A DNA stretch of 64,000 bases from Candidatus Aenigmatarchaeota archaeon (GCA_016187335.1 JACPJW010000001.1:704001-768000); one strand, 5' to 3'; shown: positions 8,565-18,434, numbered from the stretch's first letter. Numbers and translations: made by a program. The notes: a model not told the origin generated them from the sequence alone.

Positions 8565-11500
8565 TTATTCCTCCGCGATTATCTTCGGGTATATTCCCAG
8601 GGACTTCAGCTCGTCCAGCATCAGTTTGAACGCGTAGCTGATGTCAATGTCAATGATTTTTGATTTCTTGCATACGCCGCAGTATTTTTTGCCCTTGACG
8701 CGGTCTTCCACGGCGATCAGGCCGCAGCGCTCGCATACGGGCACGCTGTATTTGTCGCTGCTGAAGCGCTCTTTGAGCAGGAGGGCGCTGCCATGAGCGA
8801 TTAAGCAGTCCTTTTCCATTTCCCCCAGGCGCAAGCCGCCCTGCTTCGCCCTTCCGGCAGTAGGCTGCTTGGTCAGCAGCGTTACAGGCCCGCGGGCTCT
8901 GGACTGTATCTTGTTCGCAACCATATGATGCAGCTTCTGGTAATAGCACGGCCCTACAAGTATGCGCGCCTCGAGCACGCGCCCTGTCACGCCGTCGTAC
9001 ATTATTTCCTTGCCGTCGTCGCGGAACCCGAGCTTTTCCAGTGTCTGTCTCAGGCTTTCTTCCGTGACGTCGTTGAAGGCGGAGCCGTCCACGGGCATGC
9101 CTGATAATGCCGAGACTTTCGAGGCGATGATTTCAAGCATCTGGCCTATTGTCATCCTGCTCGGTATCGCGTGCGGGTTGACTATTATGTCAGGCGTGAT
9201 GCCGCCCGTTGTGAATGGCATGTTTTCTTCAGGCACGATCAGGGATATGACTCCTTTCTGGCCGTGGCGCGACGCGAACTTGTCGCCAAGTTCCGGCACC
9301 CTTTCGCTTCTGACGTTCACTTTCACTAGTTTGTTTCCTGCCGACGTTTCCGAGAGGAATACGCCGTCAACAATGCCGTCCTCGCCGTGCCTTATCGTTT
9401 CCGATGTTTCCCTGCGGTTCTCTGTCTCGGCCATAAAGCTTTCCACGGGCCCGATGAAGCGGAGCGGCGACACCTTGCCGACAAGAACATCTCCGGAAAT
9501 GACAGAAATTTCCCTGTTCACTATCCCGTCCTTGTCGAGGTTTGCGTAAGCTTCCTCGGTGCGGTAGCCGTTGACGGCCTTGTCCGGTATTTTTATCTCG
9601 TCCTTTTCAATGCCCCAGTATTTCTTTTCTTCCGTTGAGTACGCCCTGAAGAAGAACGAGCGGCCGAAGCCCCTGTCGAGCGAAGCCTTGTTGAATACCA
9701 GGCCGTCCTCCATGTTGTACCCCTTGTAGCTCATGATGGCAAGGACGATGTTCTGGCCCTGCGGGTGCTCTTCCAGTCCGATTTCTTTGCCGACGACCGT
9801 GTTCACCAAAGGCATCTGCGTGTAAACAAGGACGTCCGCCTTCGTTTCTGTTCTTATTGAAAAGTTTGTCGTGTAAATGCCCAGCGCCTGGCCGGACATC
9901 TTCGCGCCGAAGTTGACGCGGTCCCCCCTGTTCCTCGTAGGGAACGGGACAAGCGATGCCGACAAGCCTAAAATCACGCCCGGGTGCACTTCCAGGTGCG
10001 TGTGGTCTTTTGACAGGTTATCCGCAGTCAGCGCAACAAGCATGCTGTCTTCTTCCTGGGCGTCTAGATATTCCACGATGCCTTCCTTCAGCAGCTCGCC
10101 CCACGCCATCTCGCCATTTACCAGCTTTTCCAGGTGCTTTTCAGTCAGCCTTGCTTTCCCGTTTTCAACAATAATCATCGGCCTTTGCAGCCTTCCTGAA
10201 TCCGTGTTCACGAAAACCTCCTGGAAATCCTCCTCAACGGCAACATTGATGTAGCGGCTTATCGCGCCGTTTCTTCTCTTCTGCTTTATTTTTTCTGCGA
10301 ATTCCCTGGGCTTGTCCGTCGTGCCTATGATATTCCCGTTAAGGAAAATAGTGTACCCGCCGCTCTCCTTTGACGCCGTTTGCGCGATGAGCTCGTTGTC
10401 CTTTCGCGGCGCTGTATCGGAGATGACGGCAAAGGTGGCTAAATACTTGCGGAGGCCTATGTTGACGCCTTCGGGAGTTTCCTCGGCGCACAGCCTTCCC
10501 CAGTGCGTTGCGTGCAATGCCCTCGCTTCAAAGTGCTCCTGTGAGGACGACAAAGGCGATATGACGTTTCTCAGGTGGGCTATTGTTCTCACGTAATTTG
10601 TCCTTTCCAGCCGCTGGCAGACGCCCGTCCTGCCGCCGATCCACTGGCCCGTCGCCATGTGCGAAATAATCCTTTTTGTCAGGTAATCCGACTCCACTAT
10701 GGATTTTATTGAAGGCAGCTTTCCGCGCTTCACCAGTTTCTGGTAAGAATAAACTATCCTTGAAACCAGGCCGTACTTGCCGAGGAGGATTGAGCGGAAA
10801 AGTATTTCCATGAAATCCCCGACGAGGCGCAGGCGCTTGTTTGAATAATGGTCAATGTCCTGCTCCTTCGCTTTTTTCAGGCCCAGGCGCAAAAGCTTTC
10901 GGACAACCTTGCAGAGGTAAACTGCCTTTTCTTTTCTTGCCTTCTTGTCCTGGCCGATGTGGGGAAGCAGGTATTTGTCCAGGATGTCGTTCACGCGCTT
11001 GTCGCGGTATTCCTGCTGAGGTATCTTCAGCTTCTTCCCTAAATGGTCCTTCGCTTCCTCGACGCTCTTGACGTCGTATTCATACAGGTTGAAGTAAATT
11101 TCCTGGACCTCGTCCTTTTCACCGGTTATGGCCTCGATTATCTCTTTGTCCGTCTCCATTCCCAGAGCGCGAAGGAGCACTACTACAGGCAGTTTTTTCA
11201 GGTTGGCAAAGGAAATTGTTATGATGCCCCCTTTCCTTTCCAGGAGATGCCTCTGGACGAAGCCGGACGACTCGCTGTTGATGCGGGCGGTTTCGTTCTC
11301 CCCCTTTGTCTCGATGACGGGCCTGTTCGACAGGACTTCTTCCACCATCACGATTACGCGCTCGGTTCCGTTGATAATGAAATAGCCGCCCGGGTCGTTA
11401 GGGTCTTCGCCCTCTTCAGCCAGCTGCTCTTCGGTGAGCCCTTCAAGCCAGCACAGCTTTGATTTCAGCATTATGGGCAGATCCCCGAGTTTTACTTCCT

Positions 11501-11834
11501 GCGGCTCCTGCTCAACGCCGTTTATTATAGGTATTATTTCAACATGTATCGGCGCGGAATAAGTAAGGTCCCTGATGCGCGCCTCCAGCGGCGTTATCCT
11601 CCTTACGGCGCCGTCCGCTTCCTTCAGGACAGGCTTGGGTATTTTCACCTTCCCGAGCTTTATCTTGAATTCCGCAAGCTCCGGCGTTTCCAGCTCGATT
11701 TCCCCTATCTCGTCAATTATCTTCTGTATCCTGAAGTCGATGAACTCGTTGAAAGACTCGACCTGATGGTTGACAAAGCCCACTGATTTTTTGTAAGAAG
11801 AAAGCAGCGTTCCGTACGTTTTCATCTTGTCCAT
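8565..11834 (-). CDS. rpoB: DNA-directed RNA polymerase subunit B (Rpo2), unsplit
   Basis: GDKFASRHGQKG, NPHAIPSRMTIGQ, GGLRLGEMEKD, C-terminal Zn ribbon. Confidence 0.98.
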   Translation of the reverse strand: MDKMKTYGTLLSSYKKSVGFVNHQVESFNEFIDFRIQKIIDEIGEIELETPELAEFKIKLGKVKIPKPVLKEADGAVRRITPLEARIRDLTYSAPIHVEIIPIINGVEQEPQEVKLGDLPIMLKSKLCWLEGLTEEQLAEEGEDPNDPGGYFIINGTERVIVMVEEVLSNRPVIETKGENETARINSESSGFVQRHLLERKGGIITISFANLKKLPVVVLLRALGMETDKEIIEAITGEKDEVQEIYFNLYEYDVKSVEEAKDHLGKKLKIPQQEYRDKRVNDILDKYLLPHIGQDKKARKEKAVYLCKVVRKLLRLGLKKAKEQDIDHYSNKRLRLVGDFMEILFRSILLGKYGLVSRIVYSYQKLVKRGKLPSIKSIVESDYLTKRIISHMATGQWIGGRTGVCQRLERTNYVRTIAHLRNVISPLSSSQEHFEARALHATHWGRLCAEETPEGVNIGLRKYLATFAVISDTAPRKDNELIAQTASKESGGYTIFLNGNIIGTTDKPREFAEKIKQKRRNGAISRYINVAVEEDFQEVFVNTDSGRLQRPMIIVENGKARLTEKHLEKLVNGEMAWGELLKEGIVEYLDAQEEDSMLVALTADNLSKDHTHLEVHPGVILGLSASLVPFPTRNRGDRVNFGAKMSGQALGIYTTNFSIRTETKADVLVYTQMPLVNTVVGKEIGLEEHPQGQNIVLAIMSYKGYNMEDGLVFNKASLDRGFGRSFFFRAYSTEEKKYWGIEKDEIKIPDKAVNGYRTEEAYANLDKDGIVNREISVISGDVLVGKVSPLRFIGPVESFMAETENRRETSETIRHGEDGIVDGVFLSETSAGNKLVKVNVRSERVPELGDKFASRHGQKGVISLIVPEENMPFTTGGITPDIIVNPHAIPSRMTIGQMLEIIASKVSALSGMPVDGSAFNDVTEESLRQTLEKLGFRDDGKEIMYDGVTGRVLEARILVGPCYYQKLHHMVANKIQSRARGPVTLLTKQPTAGRAKQGGLRLGEMEKDCLIAHGSALLLKERFSSDKYSVPVCERCGLIAVEDRVKGKKYCGVCKKSKIIDIDISYAFKLMLDELKSLGIYPKIIAEE

Positions 11835-11876
11835 GGTTCACACCTTTTTCGTCAAAGCAGGAATGGAAATCCCGCT

Positions 11877-12137
11877 TCAAATGACAACCCTGTAGTAAAA
11901 ATATTCTAATGCGACCGGGGATTTCCTGGTTATGCGCAGCACGTCGCCTTTTTTGGCGCCAAGCAGCTTCACTACCGGGTCTTCCTCGCGTATTTTCGGC
12001 AGCTGCCCCGAAGAAACATTCAGCCTTTCCAGCAGCTCCGCTTTCTCCTCGCCGCTCATGATTTCGTGCTTAGGCACTAGGTCGCTCTGGAATATGTCTA
12101 TCTTCTCTTCCTGCACTGCCTTTTCTTTTTCTGCCAC
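11877..12137 (-). CDS. rpoH: DNA-directed RNA polymerase subunit H (Rpo5)
   Basis: LVPKHEIM, QLPKIREEDPVV, GDVLRITRKS; GTG start with an AGGTGA Shine-Dalgarno. Confidence 0.96.
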   Translation of the reverse strand: MAEKEKAVQEEKIDIFQSDLVPKHEIMSGEEKAELLERLNVSSGQLPKIREEDPVVKLLGAKKGDVLRITRKSPVALEYFYYRVVI

Positions 12138-12283
12138 AAAATCACCTAAGAGGAGAAGAAACCTACGGTTTCCCTGCGGAGAACTTGAAAAGTTCTCCGA
12201 GGTCTCGAAAAGCTTTCGCTTTTCGCAGATCTCCCTCTACCCTCATTTCCCTTATTATTTTTAAGACCTCTGAGAAGGTCTTC

Positions 12284-12313
12284 CGTTTTGGTGAAACTTT
12301 TCTGAAAAGTTTC
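12284..12313 (-). repeat. Family-A hairpin repeat just downstream of tRNA-Lys
   Basis: GAAACTTTTCAGAAAAGTTTCACCAAAACG on the minus strand; consensus RAACTTTT-N3-4-AAAAGTTY-RATCAAAA. Confidence 0.8.
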
Positions 12314-12316
12314 TAG

Positions 12317-12658
12317 TGGGCCCGACGGGAAATTCGAAGCACGTTGCCACGACATGCTTATTCGAACCCGCGACAGGCGGCTATCTTTCAAGGAGAAGAA
12401 ACGGAACAGCTTGAAGCACTTCGTGCTTCGGTTTCCTTCCTCTCCTTTGAACCTCATTTCCTCATATTACCGAACGAATTCGGCTTCGGATCTTTTATCT
12501 TTTTGATCAAACTTTTTTCCAAAAAGTTTGCATGATAAAAGGCCGCTACTCTACCAGGTTTCTCGCAACCCCAGTCTTCCTGTAATATCTTCGCATGTTC
12601 TTTGGGACATGCAAAGACCTTTCTTACAAGAAAGGGATTTGCACTGAGCTACAGGCCC
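12317..12658 (-). tRNA. tRNA-Lys(UUU) with three introns: 15/16 (12559-12643), 37/38 (12383-12535), 59/60 (12331-12360)
   Basis: Removing the three segments leaves a 74-nt cloverleaf: acceptor GGGCCUG/CGGGCCC, anticodon arm GCGGC-CUUUUAA-GCCGC, UUCGAAU T-loop; BHB-like geometry at each junction. Confidence 0.9.
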
Positions 12659-12659
12659 G

Positions 12660-12879
12660 CGCCTTGGCCGGGATATTCGGAACTTTCCCTTTTCCTCGAA
12701 GAACGTTAGTTCTTCGGGATCTTGGAGAACTTTCGTTCTCCACAGATGATTGAACTTTTTGGAAAAGTTCATTCGAACCCGGGTCGTAGCCGTTCTATGA
12801 TTTTTCCGTTGACGCTTTTGCTCGCCAGCGGAAAAGGGTCATGACAGGGCTACATGCTAGACCGCTACACCACCAAGGC
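12660..12879 (-). tRNA. tRNA-Asp(GUC) with two introns: 37/38 (12793-12841), 59/60 (12674-12771)
   Basis: 73-nt mature cloverleaf, acceptor GCCUUGG/CCAAGGC, G73; strict BHB at 59/60 (UUCG/CGAA central helix). Confidence 0.92.
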
Positions 12880-12880
12880 A

Positions 12881-13150
12881 TTATCTCCACATTAGGTAGC
12901 TTTTCATGTCATCCGTTGGTACAGTAACAACAAAATCACAAGGCTTGCCAGCTATTCGCATCACATCGCCCTGCGCATCATTAATCCTTCCCAGGGTTTT
13001 TTCGTCAAGCTCATCCACAATAGCGTATACAATCAAATGTCCGTCCGATTCCTGCACCGAAGCATGCATGACCGTGTAAACATCTTTTAAGGCATCCCTG
13101 AAGGTATCGAAAATCCTTTCTGTTGGAACGTCTTGGATATTCACAGGCAT
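12881..13150 (-). CDS. Small hypothetical protein between 5S rRNA and tRNA-Asp
   Basis: 89-aa ORF with an AGGTGA Shine-Dalgarno; stop lies 1 nt before tRNA-Asp. Confidence 0.65.
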   Translation of the reverse strand: MPVNIQDVPTERIFDTFRDALKDVYTVMHASVQESDGHLIVYAIVDELDEKTLGRINDAQGDVMRIAGKPCDFVVTVPTDDMKSYLMWR

Positions 13151-13266
13151 ATGAGTTCACCTAAAGACTATCAGAAAGTCTCTCCTCTAAGTTTTGAAAA
13201 CCGTTGTAGAGAAATAAGTCTTATAACCATTCAAACCCTGCCGCGCGCCATCAATGACAAATATAA

Positions 13267-13382
13267 GGTCAGCAACGTCCTGGCGTTCACAGCTTTCGCC
13301 ATTACTTGCCATATCGCTGGAGAGCTTAACTTCCAGGTTCGGAATGGATCTGGGTGTGCCCTCTCCGCCTTGGTCGCCAACC
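13267..13382 (-). rRNA. rrf: 5S rRNA, not linked to 16S/23S in this window; ends approximate
   Basis: CCCAGATCCATTCCGAACCTGGAAGTTAAGCTC core; terminal helix GGTTGGCGAC/GTTGCTGACC. Confidence 0.92.
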
Positions 13383-13528
13383 ACATTACTATTCAAGGAT
13401 AAAGGATTTAAAGACTTTAAAAACCGTCAGGACGAAACAGGATTTTTCTGGGTAAAAGCCGAAACCCGCCTTCCGTTTTTCTTCAATTTTAAATATGTCC
13501 TTCGGCGTATTCTCTATTGCAATTTAAT

Positions 13529-13719
13529 CCCGCGATAGCTCAACGGTAGAGCGCCCGGCTGTAGCTTAGCACTGCAGAACAAAGCTGTGTTATGATTCAG
13601 CAGCCGCTCACTAGAAACCGGGAGGTTGCCGGTTCGAAAGACCCTTTTCTTTTGGAAAGAAAAGCGTCTACGGAAAAGAAAATATTAAGGAAAGGGGTCC
13701 GAAACTCCGGCTCGCGGGA
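13529..13719 (+). tRNA. tRNA-Tyr(GUA) with two introns: 37/38 (13565-13616), 59/60 (13639-13705)
   Basis: C1-G72 acceptor CCCGCGA/UCGCGGG, A73, anticodon arm CCCGG-CUGUAGA-CCGGG; strict BHB at 59/60. Confidence 0.92.
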
Positions 13720-13722
13720 TTT

Positions 13723-14559
13723 TTAAATTTTTATGAGAAGTTTTTTTCTACTACCGACTTCTACCCTTTCTCCGAACTTGTCCATGTTAGTTGCCAAAGT
13801 TATGCGCCTGTGCGGAAATGCGTGAGAAAAATAATCATATGCAGTTCTTATAGTTCTGCCCTCACAAACGTCCTCGTCAAAAATTAAGATTCTTCTTCCG
13901 TCCGTCTGTTCCTGCAAATAACCCAATTCATGCTTAAGAATCCGAGGTCGTCTATCCCGTAATTTATCCATAGATAGACGAACAACATAAAACGAACTGG
14001 CTGGAGCTCCAGCGTCACAGTAACGCAAAAATACATCCATTCCAGGAGCCGTGCCGCCGTGCGCCATTGTTATAAAAAGAACATCACGGTTCTTGAAATA
14101 ATCCATCATTTTTTCTGCTGTCGCTCTGGATCTTTCAGGCTTCATAGCGCTCCAGGTAGTCGTATCTTCCTGCTGTTTAACTTTTCTTTCCAAAAGCTGC
14201 GGACATTGGGATTCAATTTTTGAGCGGAAATCGTGTAGATGTTGAACACTCTGGGAATCTGATCCATAGACCGCCAATCCAAGATCGATTGCATTTCTAA
14301 CGAGATCCACATTTCCTCTCAAAGGGTATGATATCTTGAAATCCAATACAGCTCTTATAACCCTAGGGGCGTGAAGAGCAATTATAACCAGATCCTTGGT
14401 ATCTGGACGACTGTAACTACAAAGAGCTTCGAGTTCGCCTAAGACTTCGCGCAAATTACCGGAATACGATTGAAGATGTAGAAATTCTCTGAACGTTTGG
14501 GGCATTGTACCGGGCGGGCATTCGCCGGCAATTTTATCGAATAAGGAATGGTAGGGCAT
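13723..14559 (-). CDS. Hypothetical protein with a C-terminal type I phosphoribosyltransferase-like domain
   Basis: VLFITMAHGG and ILIFDEDVCEGRTI (PRPP-loop-like). Confidence 0.6.
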   Translation of the reverse strand: MPYHSLFDKIAGECPPGTMPQTFREFLHLQSYSGNLREVLGELEALCSYSRPDTKDLVIIALHAPRVIRAVLDFKISYPLRGNVDLVRNAIDLGLAVYGSDSQSVQHLHDFRSKIESQCPQLLERKVKQQEDTTTWSAMKPERSRATAEKMMDYFKNRDVLFITMAHGGTAPGMDVFLRYCDAGAPASSFYVVRLSMDKLRDRRPRILKHELGYLQEQTDGRRILIFDEDVCEGRTIRTAYDYFSHAFPHRRITLATNMDKFGERVEVGSRKKLLIKI

Positions 14560-14645
14560 TTAGTTTTAGAATATAATAAAAACTTTAAATTATTGTAATC
14601 TGCGAGGGATTTTAAGTACAATTTCTGACTGAAAATAAGAAATCG

Positions 14646-16091
14646 TTATGAACTATTCCCCTTTCCCATCAGCTTCTTGATATGCCCGTGAATCTTTTGG
14701 TGCAGCTGCTTTTCCTCGCCCTGCATTTCCAGCCCGACAGCCGGCGTGTTGGAAAAGTTCTCCGTTTCCTTGTTGTTGGCGGCAAATACAACGCTCGCCT
14801 GCGGCAGGTTTATTGTCCCGCTCAGCTCGACTACGGGGATTATCTTGTACGTCAGAACCCTCTCCTCGTTCGGCCGCAAGTTGCTTACGGCCCATTTCAG
14901 CTCGATGCCCGATTCGCTTTTTTTGCGCAAAGGCTTCGGTCCTTCCGTGTCTTTCATCTGGAATATTGTGGGGACGAAATCGTAAACTTCGGCGCTGTCC
15001 ACAGATTTTCCTGAATAATTCTTCACCTCAACGCCTACGGTGAATTCCTCGCCCTCGCGGATGTGCTTTTTCTGCAGTATGTACTTTGAAACGCGCAGCG
15101 TCCTGAACCTTGTCAGGTACAGCCATAATAGTCCGAAAATTACGATCAGCGTATAGAAGAGCGGACTGTAGTCAAGGGAGTACTTTATGCTTGCCAGCCC
15201 TCCCGGAGCCACCGGAGGCAGGGTCCATACGTAGGTGTCGCCTTCAGTCCTTTCTGGAGGATCGCCCTTGAAGAAGTTTGAATCGAACTTGGTTATCTTT
15301 TCCGTCAGCAGCAGCGGCTCTGAAACATCATTTCCAACGTTCTTGAAAAGGAACACCTTCTCTTTTTTCAGCAGGTTTATATTTGTCGTTGTCATGTCCT
15401 TGAGCACAGCTTTCCTTGCGACGACGAATTTTTCCGTCGTGTCGCTCAAAACCGCTTCAAGCTGCGTTACCTTTATGCTGATGCTGTAGTCGCCCGGCGG
15501 CGCGTTTTCCTTCAGCTGGAATGATTTTTCCAGCGTCTTCACGTCCTCGGGCTCAAGATTAAGCACGTCAGAGCTTTCGTATATCTTCCCTTCCGGCGAA
15601 TATGCTGATGTTTTCACGTTGATGTTCTGGACCTTCACGTCGCCGATGTTCCGGAGCGAGAACCTGACGCTGACAGTCCCGGAAGGGATCAGGTCTCCTG
15701 TCAGAAAAACGCCTTCTGTCTCGATGCCTTCGCTTTTGTACACAAAGGCGTACAAATCCGCCCTTTTCCTTTCCTTCGTGCCCCGCGATTCAACGTCGAA
15801 CGATATTTTGTGCAGCCCCTGGGGCACAGAAGATGACGGGGAAAAGAATACCGTGAAATTCTCGCTGCCGCCTCTGCCTACGGAAACGATGGTCTTGTCC
15901 GTGGTGACCCACGTCTTCGCGTCAGCGGGGCTTACCAGGAAGGAATCGTCGGAATCGCTGCTTATCTTCACATGCGTCTGCCTCATGCCGCTTACAGGGA
16001 CCCTTATGGTGTCCTGCGTGTACTCAAGGGTGTATGCAAAAGCGGCGCCGGCAAAAAGGAGCATGACGAATAATGCAAGAAGCCTTTTCAT
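14646..16091 (-). CDS. Secreted/membrane protein with Ig-like (CARDB-type) beta domains, a TM helix and a cytoplasmic beta domain
   Basis: Signal peptide MKRLLALFVMLLFAGAAFA, RFSLRNIGDV, PPGDYSISIKV, TM LFYTLIVIFGLLWLYL. Confidence 0.7.
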   Translation of the reverse strand: MKRLLALFVMLLFAGAAFAYTLEYTQDTIRVPVSGMRQTHVKISSDSDDSFLVSPADAKTWVTTDKTIVSVGRGGSENFTVFFSPSSSVPQGLHKISFDVESRGTKERKRADLYAFVYKSEGIETEGVFLTGDLIPSGTVSVRFSLRNIGDVKVQNINVKTSAYSPEGKIYESSDVLNLEPEDVKTLEKSFQLKENAPPGDYSISIKVTQLEAVLSDTTEKFVVARKAVLKDMTTTNINLLKKEKVFLFKNVGNDVSEPLLLTEKITKFDSNFFKGDPPERTEGDTYVWTLPPVAPGGLASIKYSLDYSPLFYTLIVIFGLLWLYLTRFRTLRVSKYILQKKHIREGEEFTVGVEVKNYSGKSVDSAEVYDFVPTIFQMKDTEGPKPLRKKSESGIELKWAVSNLRPNEERVLTYKIIPVVELSGTINLPQASVVFAANNKETENFSNTPAVGLEMQGEEKQLHQKIHGHIKKLMGKGNSS

Positions 16092-16214
16092 GAATAACAT
16101 ATTCCAGAAGCCCGTATATAAATGTTGCAACAGCGTGATTCAGGCGTAATTTTACGAATGAAAAATTATTCCGCGGTCCGGTACTTATAAAGTTTTGAAT
16201 TATTTCTCCTGATA

Positions 16215-16694
16215 ATGAGACGCGTAATTTCAGTTGCTTTGATTGCAGGAGCTTCCATGGCCCTCACATTTACCTCTTTGGCTGCTTCACAACTGTCTTA
16301 TCGGTCAAAAACCTTCGCCGCGGCAGCGCACGACGGTGCAAAAGATGCAAAGACTTACATTGAAGTCGGTCTTGATGAGCTGATAAGAAACCTGGGAAAA
16401 TATCGCGACCAGCGTGTTTCAACGGTAGGATATGTCGGTAGTTTCGGAAAAGGAGTGACTGGCCGATACTACCATATGTATCCGCGTGAGGTCGGAGAAT
16501 TTTATTTTGGTACTGATGGTCTGGTCATTCTGGAAGACCCAGCGACCTCGAATATAGGAGAACTTATTAAAAAATCCGGCGGCTCAAGAAAATTCAAAGT
16601 CAAAGGCGTAGTCAAGGCTGATGAAGACGGCGGGGTAAGCTATTTTCTGAACCTGCATAAGGCCGAGGTTATCCGGAAAAAGCGCCGACCTTAG
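16215..16694 (+). CDS. Hypothetical exported protein, possibly OB-fold
   Basis: Hydrophobic N-terminus; YRDQRVSTVGYV...FKVKGVV pattern. Confidence 0.55.
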   Translation: MRRVISVALIAGASMALTFTSLAASQLSYRSKTFAAAAHDGAKDAKTYIEVGLDELIRNLGKYRDQRVSTVGYVGSFGKGVTGRYYHMYPREVGEFYFGTDGLVILEDPATSNIGELIKKSGGSRKFKVKGVVKADEDGGVSYFLNLHKAEVIRKKRRP

Positions 16695-17356
16695 AACAAA
16701 AACCTCACCATCGCCGCGAAGATGAGCATGCTGCCTAGGTCGGCGACAGCAGTTGTCAGGGGTATCAGGAAGTTGTTCGGGTCTTCTTTCTTCCTGTAGA
16801 TGTAGAATCCCGCTGTAACCGAAATGACAAATATAACCGTCACGAGAATTAGGGTGCATATCAGCGAAACAAAAAGTATCTTTACCAGAAGCGCATAGCT
16901 CACGGCAAATCCCTTCAAATAAGATACTGCCGACGACATGGCAGATATGTAAACAGCCGAGAGCGTACCTATCTTCAGGACGTCGCTGAAAAGGTCGCGC
17001 ATGTTGTCGGATTTCCACCATTTATTTGTTATCTGGCCCAGGTAAAGCGCAGTGGTGAAGCGCGACGATATTATTGCGCCGTAGTTGCCTATCATGCCGT
17101 TCATTGCCGGGAGCATTATCAGCAGCGGCATTAATGTAACAAGGCTGGATTGAATTGATTCCAGATGTATGCCGCCTATTGTGCTTATGATGGCCGTTAA
17201 AAGTATTATTTTCAGGCTCTCCTTTACAATAACGACATGCACGTCCTTCCCCGGGCCGTATTCCTTCATGTAGAACATCGTGCGGTGATGCAGCCCGTGC
17301 TTCCTGTGCAGCCTCTTTATGTGACTCGTTACGGGCTTTGATTTGCGGAATTTCAT
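16691..17356 (-). CDS. MgtE integral-membrane-domain divalent cation transporter
   Basis: PAMNGMIGNYGAIISSRFTTALYLG and DPNNFLIPLTTAVADL. Confidence 0.88.
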   Translation of the reverse strand: MKFRKSKPVTSHIKRLHRKHGLHHRTMFYMKEYGPGKDVHVVIVKESLKIILLTAIISTIGGIHLESIQSSLVTLMPLLIMLPAMNGMIGNYGAIISSRFTTALYLGQITNKWWKSDNMRDLFSDVLKIGTLSAVYISAMSSAVSYLKGFAVSYALLVKILFVSLICTLILVTVIFVISVTAGFYIYRKKEDPNNFLIPLTTAVADLGSMLIFAAMVRFLF

Positions 17357-17886
17357 AAGATCACTATTGCAATCAGAATGCTGGCAACGCTCGCGATGTC
17401 TCCTATGGTTGTTATGTAAGGCCCCATTATGTTGTTCGGGTCATGCCCGTGCCTGAAAAGCCAGAAATTAGCCATGATGGTAAGCGGGATTTCAATAATG
17501 TTCGAAAGCAGGCCAGCGACAATGGCTACATAGATTATCTTTGCGTTGGTGATTCCAAAGAAATAATAGGAGAAAGCGAAAGAAACCAGCCCAAGCACGA
17601 GGCTGACAACAAAGGCAAGGATGACAGCGGCAATAACGTTCTCGCGCAGAAATCGGTTGTTTCTTGCCTGCGGTTTTGTAATCTTCAGGAACAATCCCGA
17701 GCTGAGCCGCGCGGACATGCTTCCAGAAATGGAGCCGCGCATCTCAAGAAATCCAGGAAGCAGTATGAAAAGGCCGGGAACGAGCATTATCTGGTTTGTA
17801 GCGGAAGCAAGCATGGTTCCGGCAACGATGCCGCCTGTCAGCGAGACAAGTTCTCCGTAGAAAATCTCGCGGAAGTCCTTGTGCAT
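17353..17886 (-). CDS. MgtE integral-membrane-domain transporter, partner paralog
   Basis: LPGFLEMRGSISGSMSARLSSGL and DPNNIMGPYITTIGDI. Confidence 0.88.
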   Translation of the reverse strand: MHKDFREIFYGELVSLTGGIVAGTMLASATNQIMLVPGLFILLPGFLEMRGSISGSMSARLSSGLFLKITKPQARNNRFLRENVIAAVILAFVVSLVLGLVSFAFSYYFFGITNAKIIYVAIVAGLLSNIIEIPLTIMANFWLFRHGHDPNNIMGPYITTIGDIASVASILIAIVIL

Positions 17887-17957
17887 GAGCGGCCTGCCCG
17901 CACTTTTTTGCATAAAATATTATTGGTAAAAAGCGGGATATAAAGAAATTTAATCCT

Positions 17958-18434
17958 TTGTACTTTACTATATGCATGACTCAAAGTTTTACGGAATTAG
18001 AAAACACAATGGCAGTATCGGAAATACTTCAAAACCAGCCTATAGATTTTCTCGAACAGTTCGGAGAAGAACTGAGAAAAAACGGCGAATATTCAATAGT
18101 TGGATTAGGGTTGCCTTATGCGTCAAGATTGATAGATGGTTCTATCGAATACCTATGCCCAGTAGTTACTAAAGGAAAAACTCTTGGTGAATATTCAATA
18201 AAGCCTTCAGACCCATCTGACCCTTTGTCAGAATTGCTCGGGAAAAGAGAGGGCATTTATTATATTGGCAAACATCCTATCGCCGCTCGGAACGACGTTG
18301 AAGAGGTATTTTTATCGTATCATAGAGACTTAGACGATTCATCTAATTCCAGACGCGGAGACAAATGGCACGAAATAATTTTCCCGAATATTATTGATGA
18401 CAAGGCTCATGTGCAGACAAAGACTACTTCTTGA
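17958..18434 (+). CDS. Hypothetical protein (real start may be 18009)
   Basis: 158-aa ORF filling the gap; no motif recognised. Confidence 0.5.
   Translation: MYFTICMTQSFTELENTMAVSEILQNQPIDFLEQFGEELRKNGEYSIVGLGLPYASRLIDGSIEYLCPVVTKGKTLGEYSIKPSDPSDPLSELLGKREGIYYIGKHPIAARNDVEEVFLSYHRDLDDSSNSRRGDKWHEIIFPNIIDDKAHVQTKTTS

Noticed and set aside
3424-11786. Many 60-270 aa plus-strand and alternate-frame ORFs over rpoA2, rpoA1 and rpoB (also over ftsZ, the ABC genes and the integrase)
   Set aside because: Shadow ORFs antisense to well-supported genes, with no motifs; expected from the codon bias
12146-13402. ORFs 12146-12457, 12344-12535, 12551-12772, 13133-13402 and 13187-13396
   Set aside because: They overlap the intron-containing tRNA-Lys and tRNA-Asp genes and the 5S rRNA, which explain the sequence
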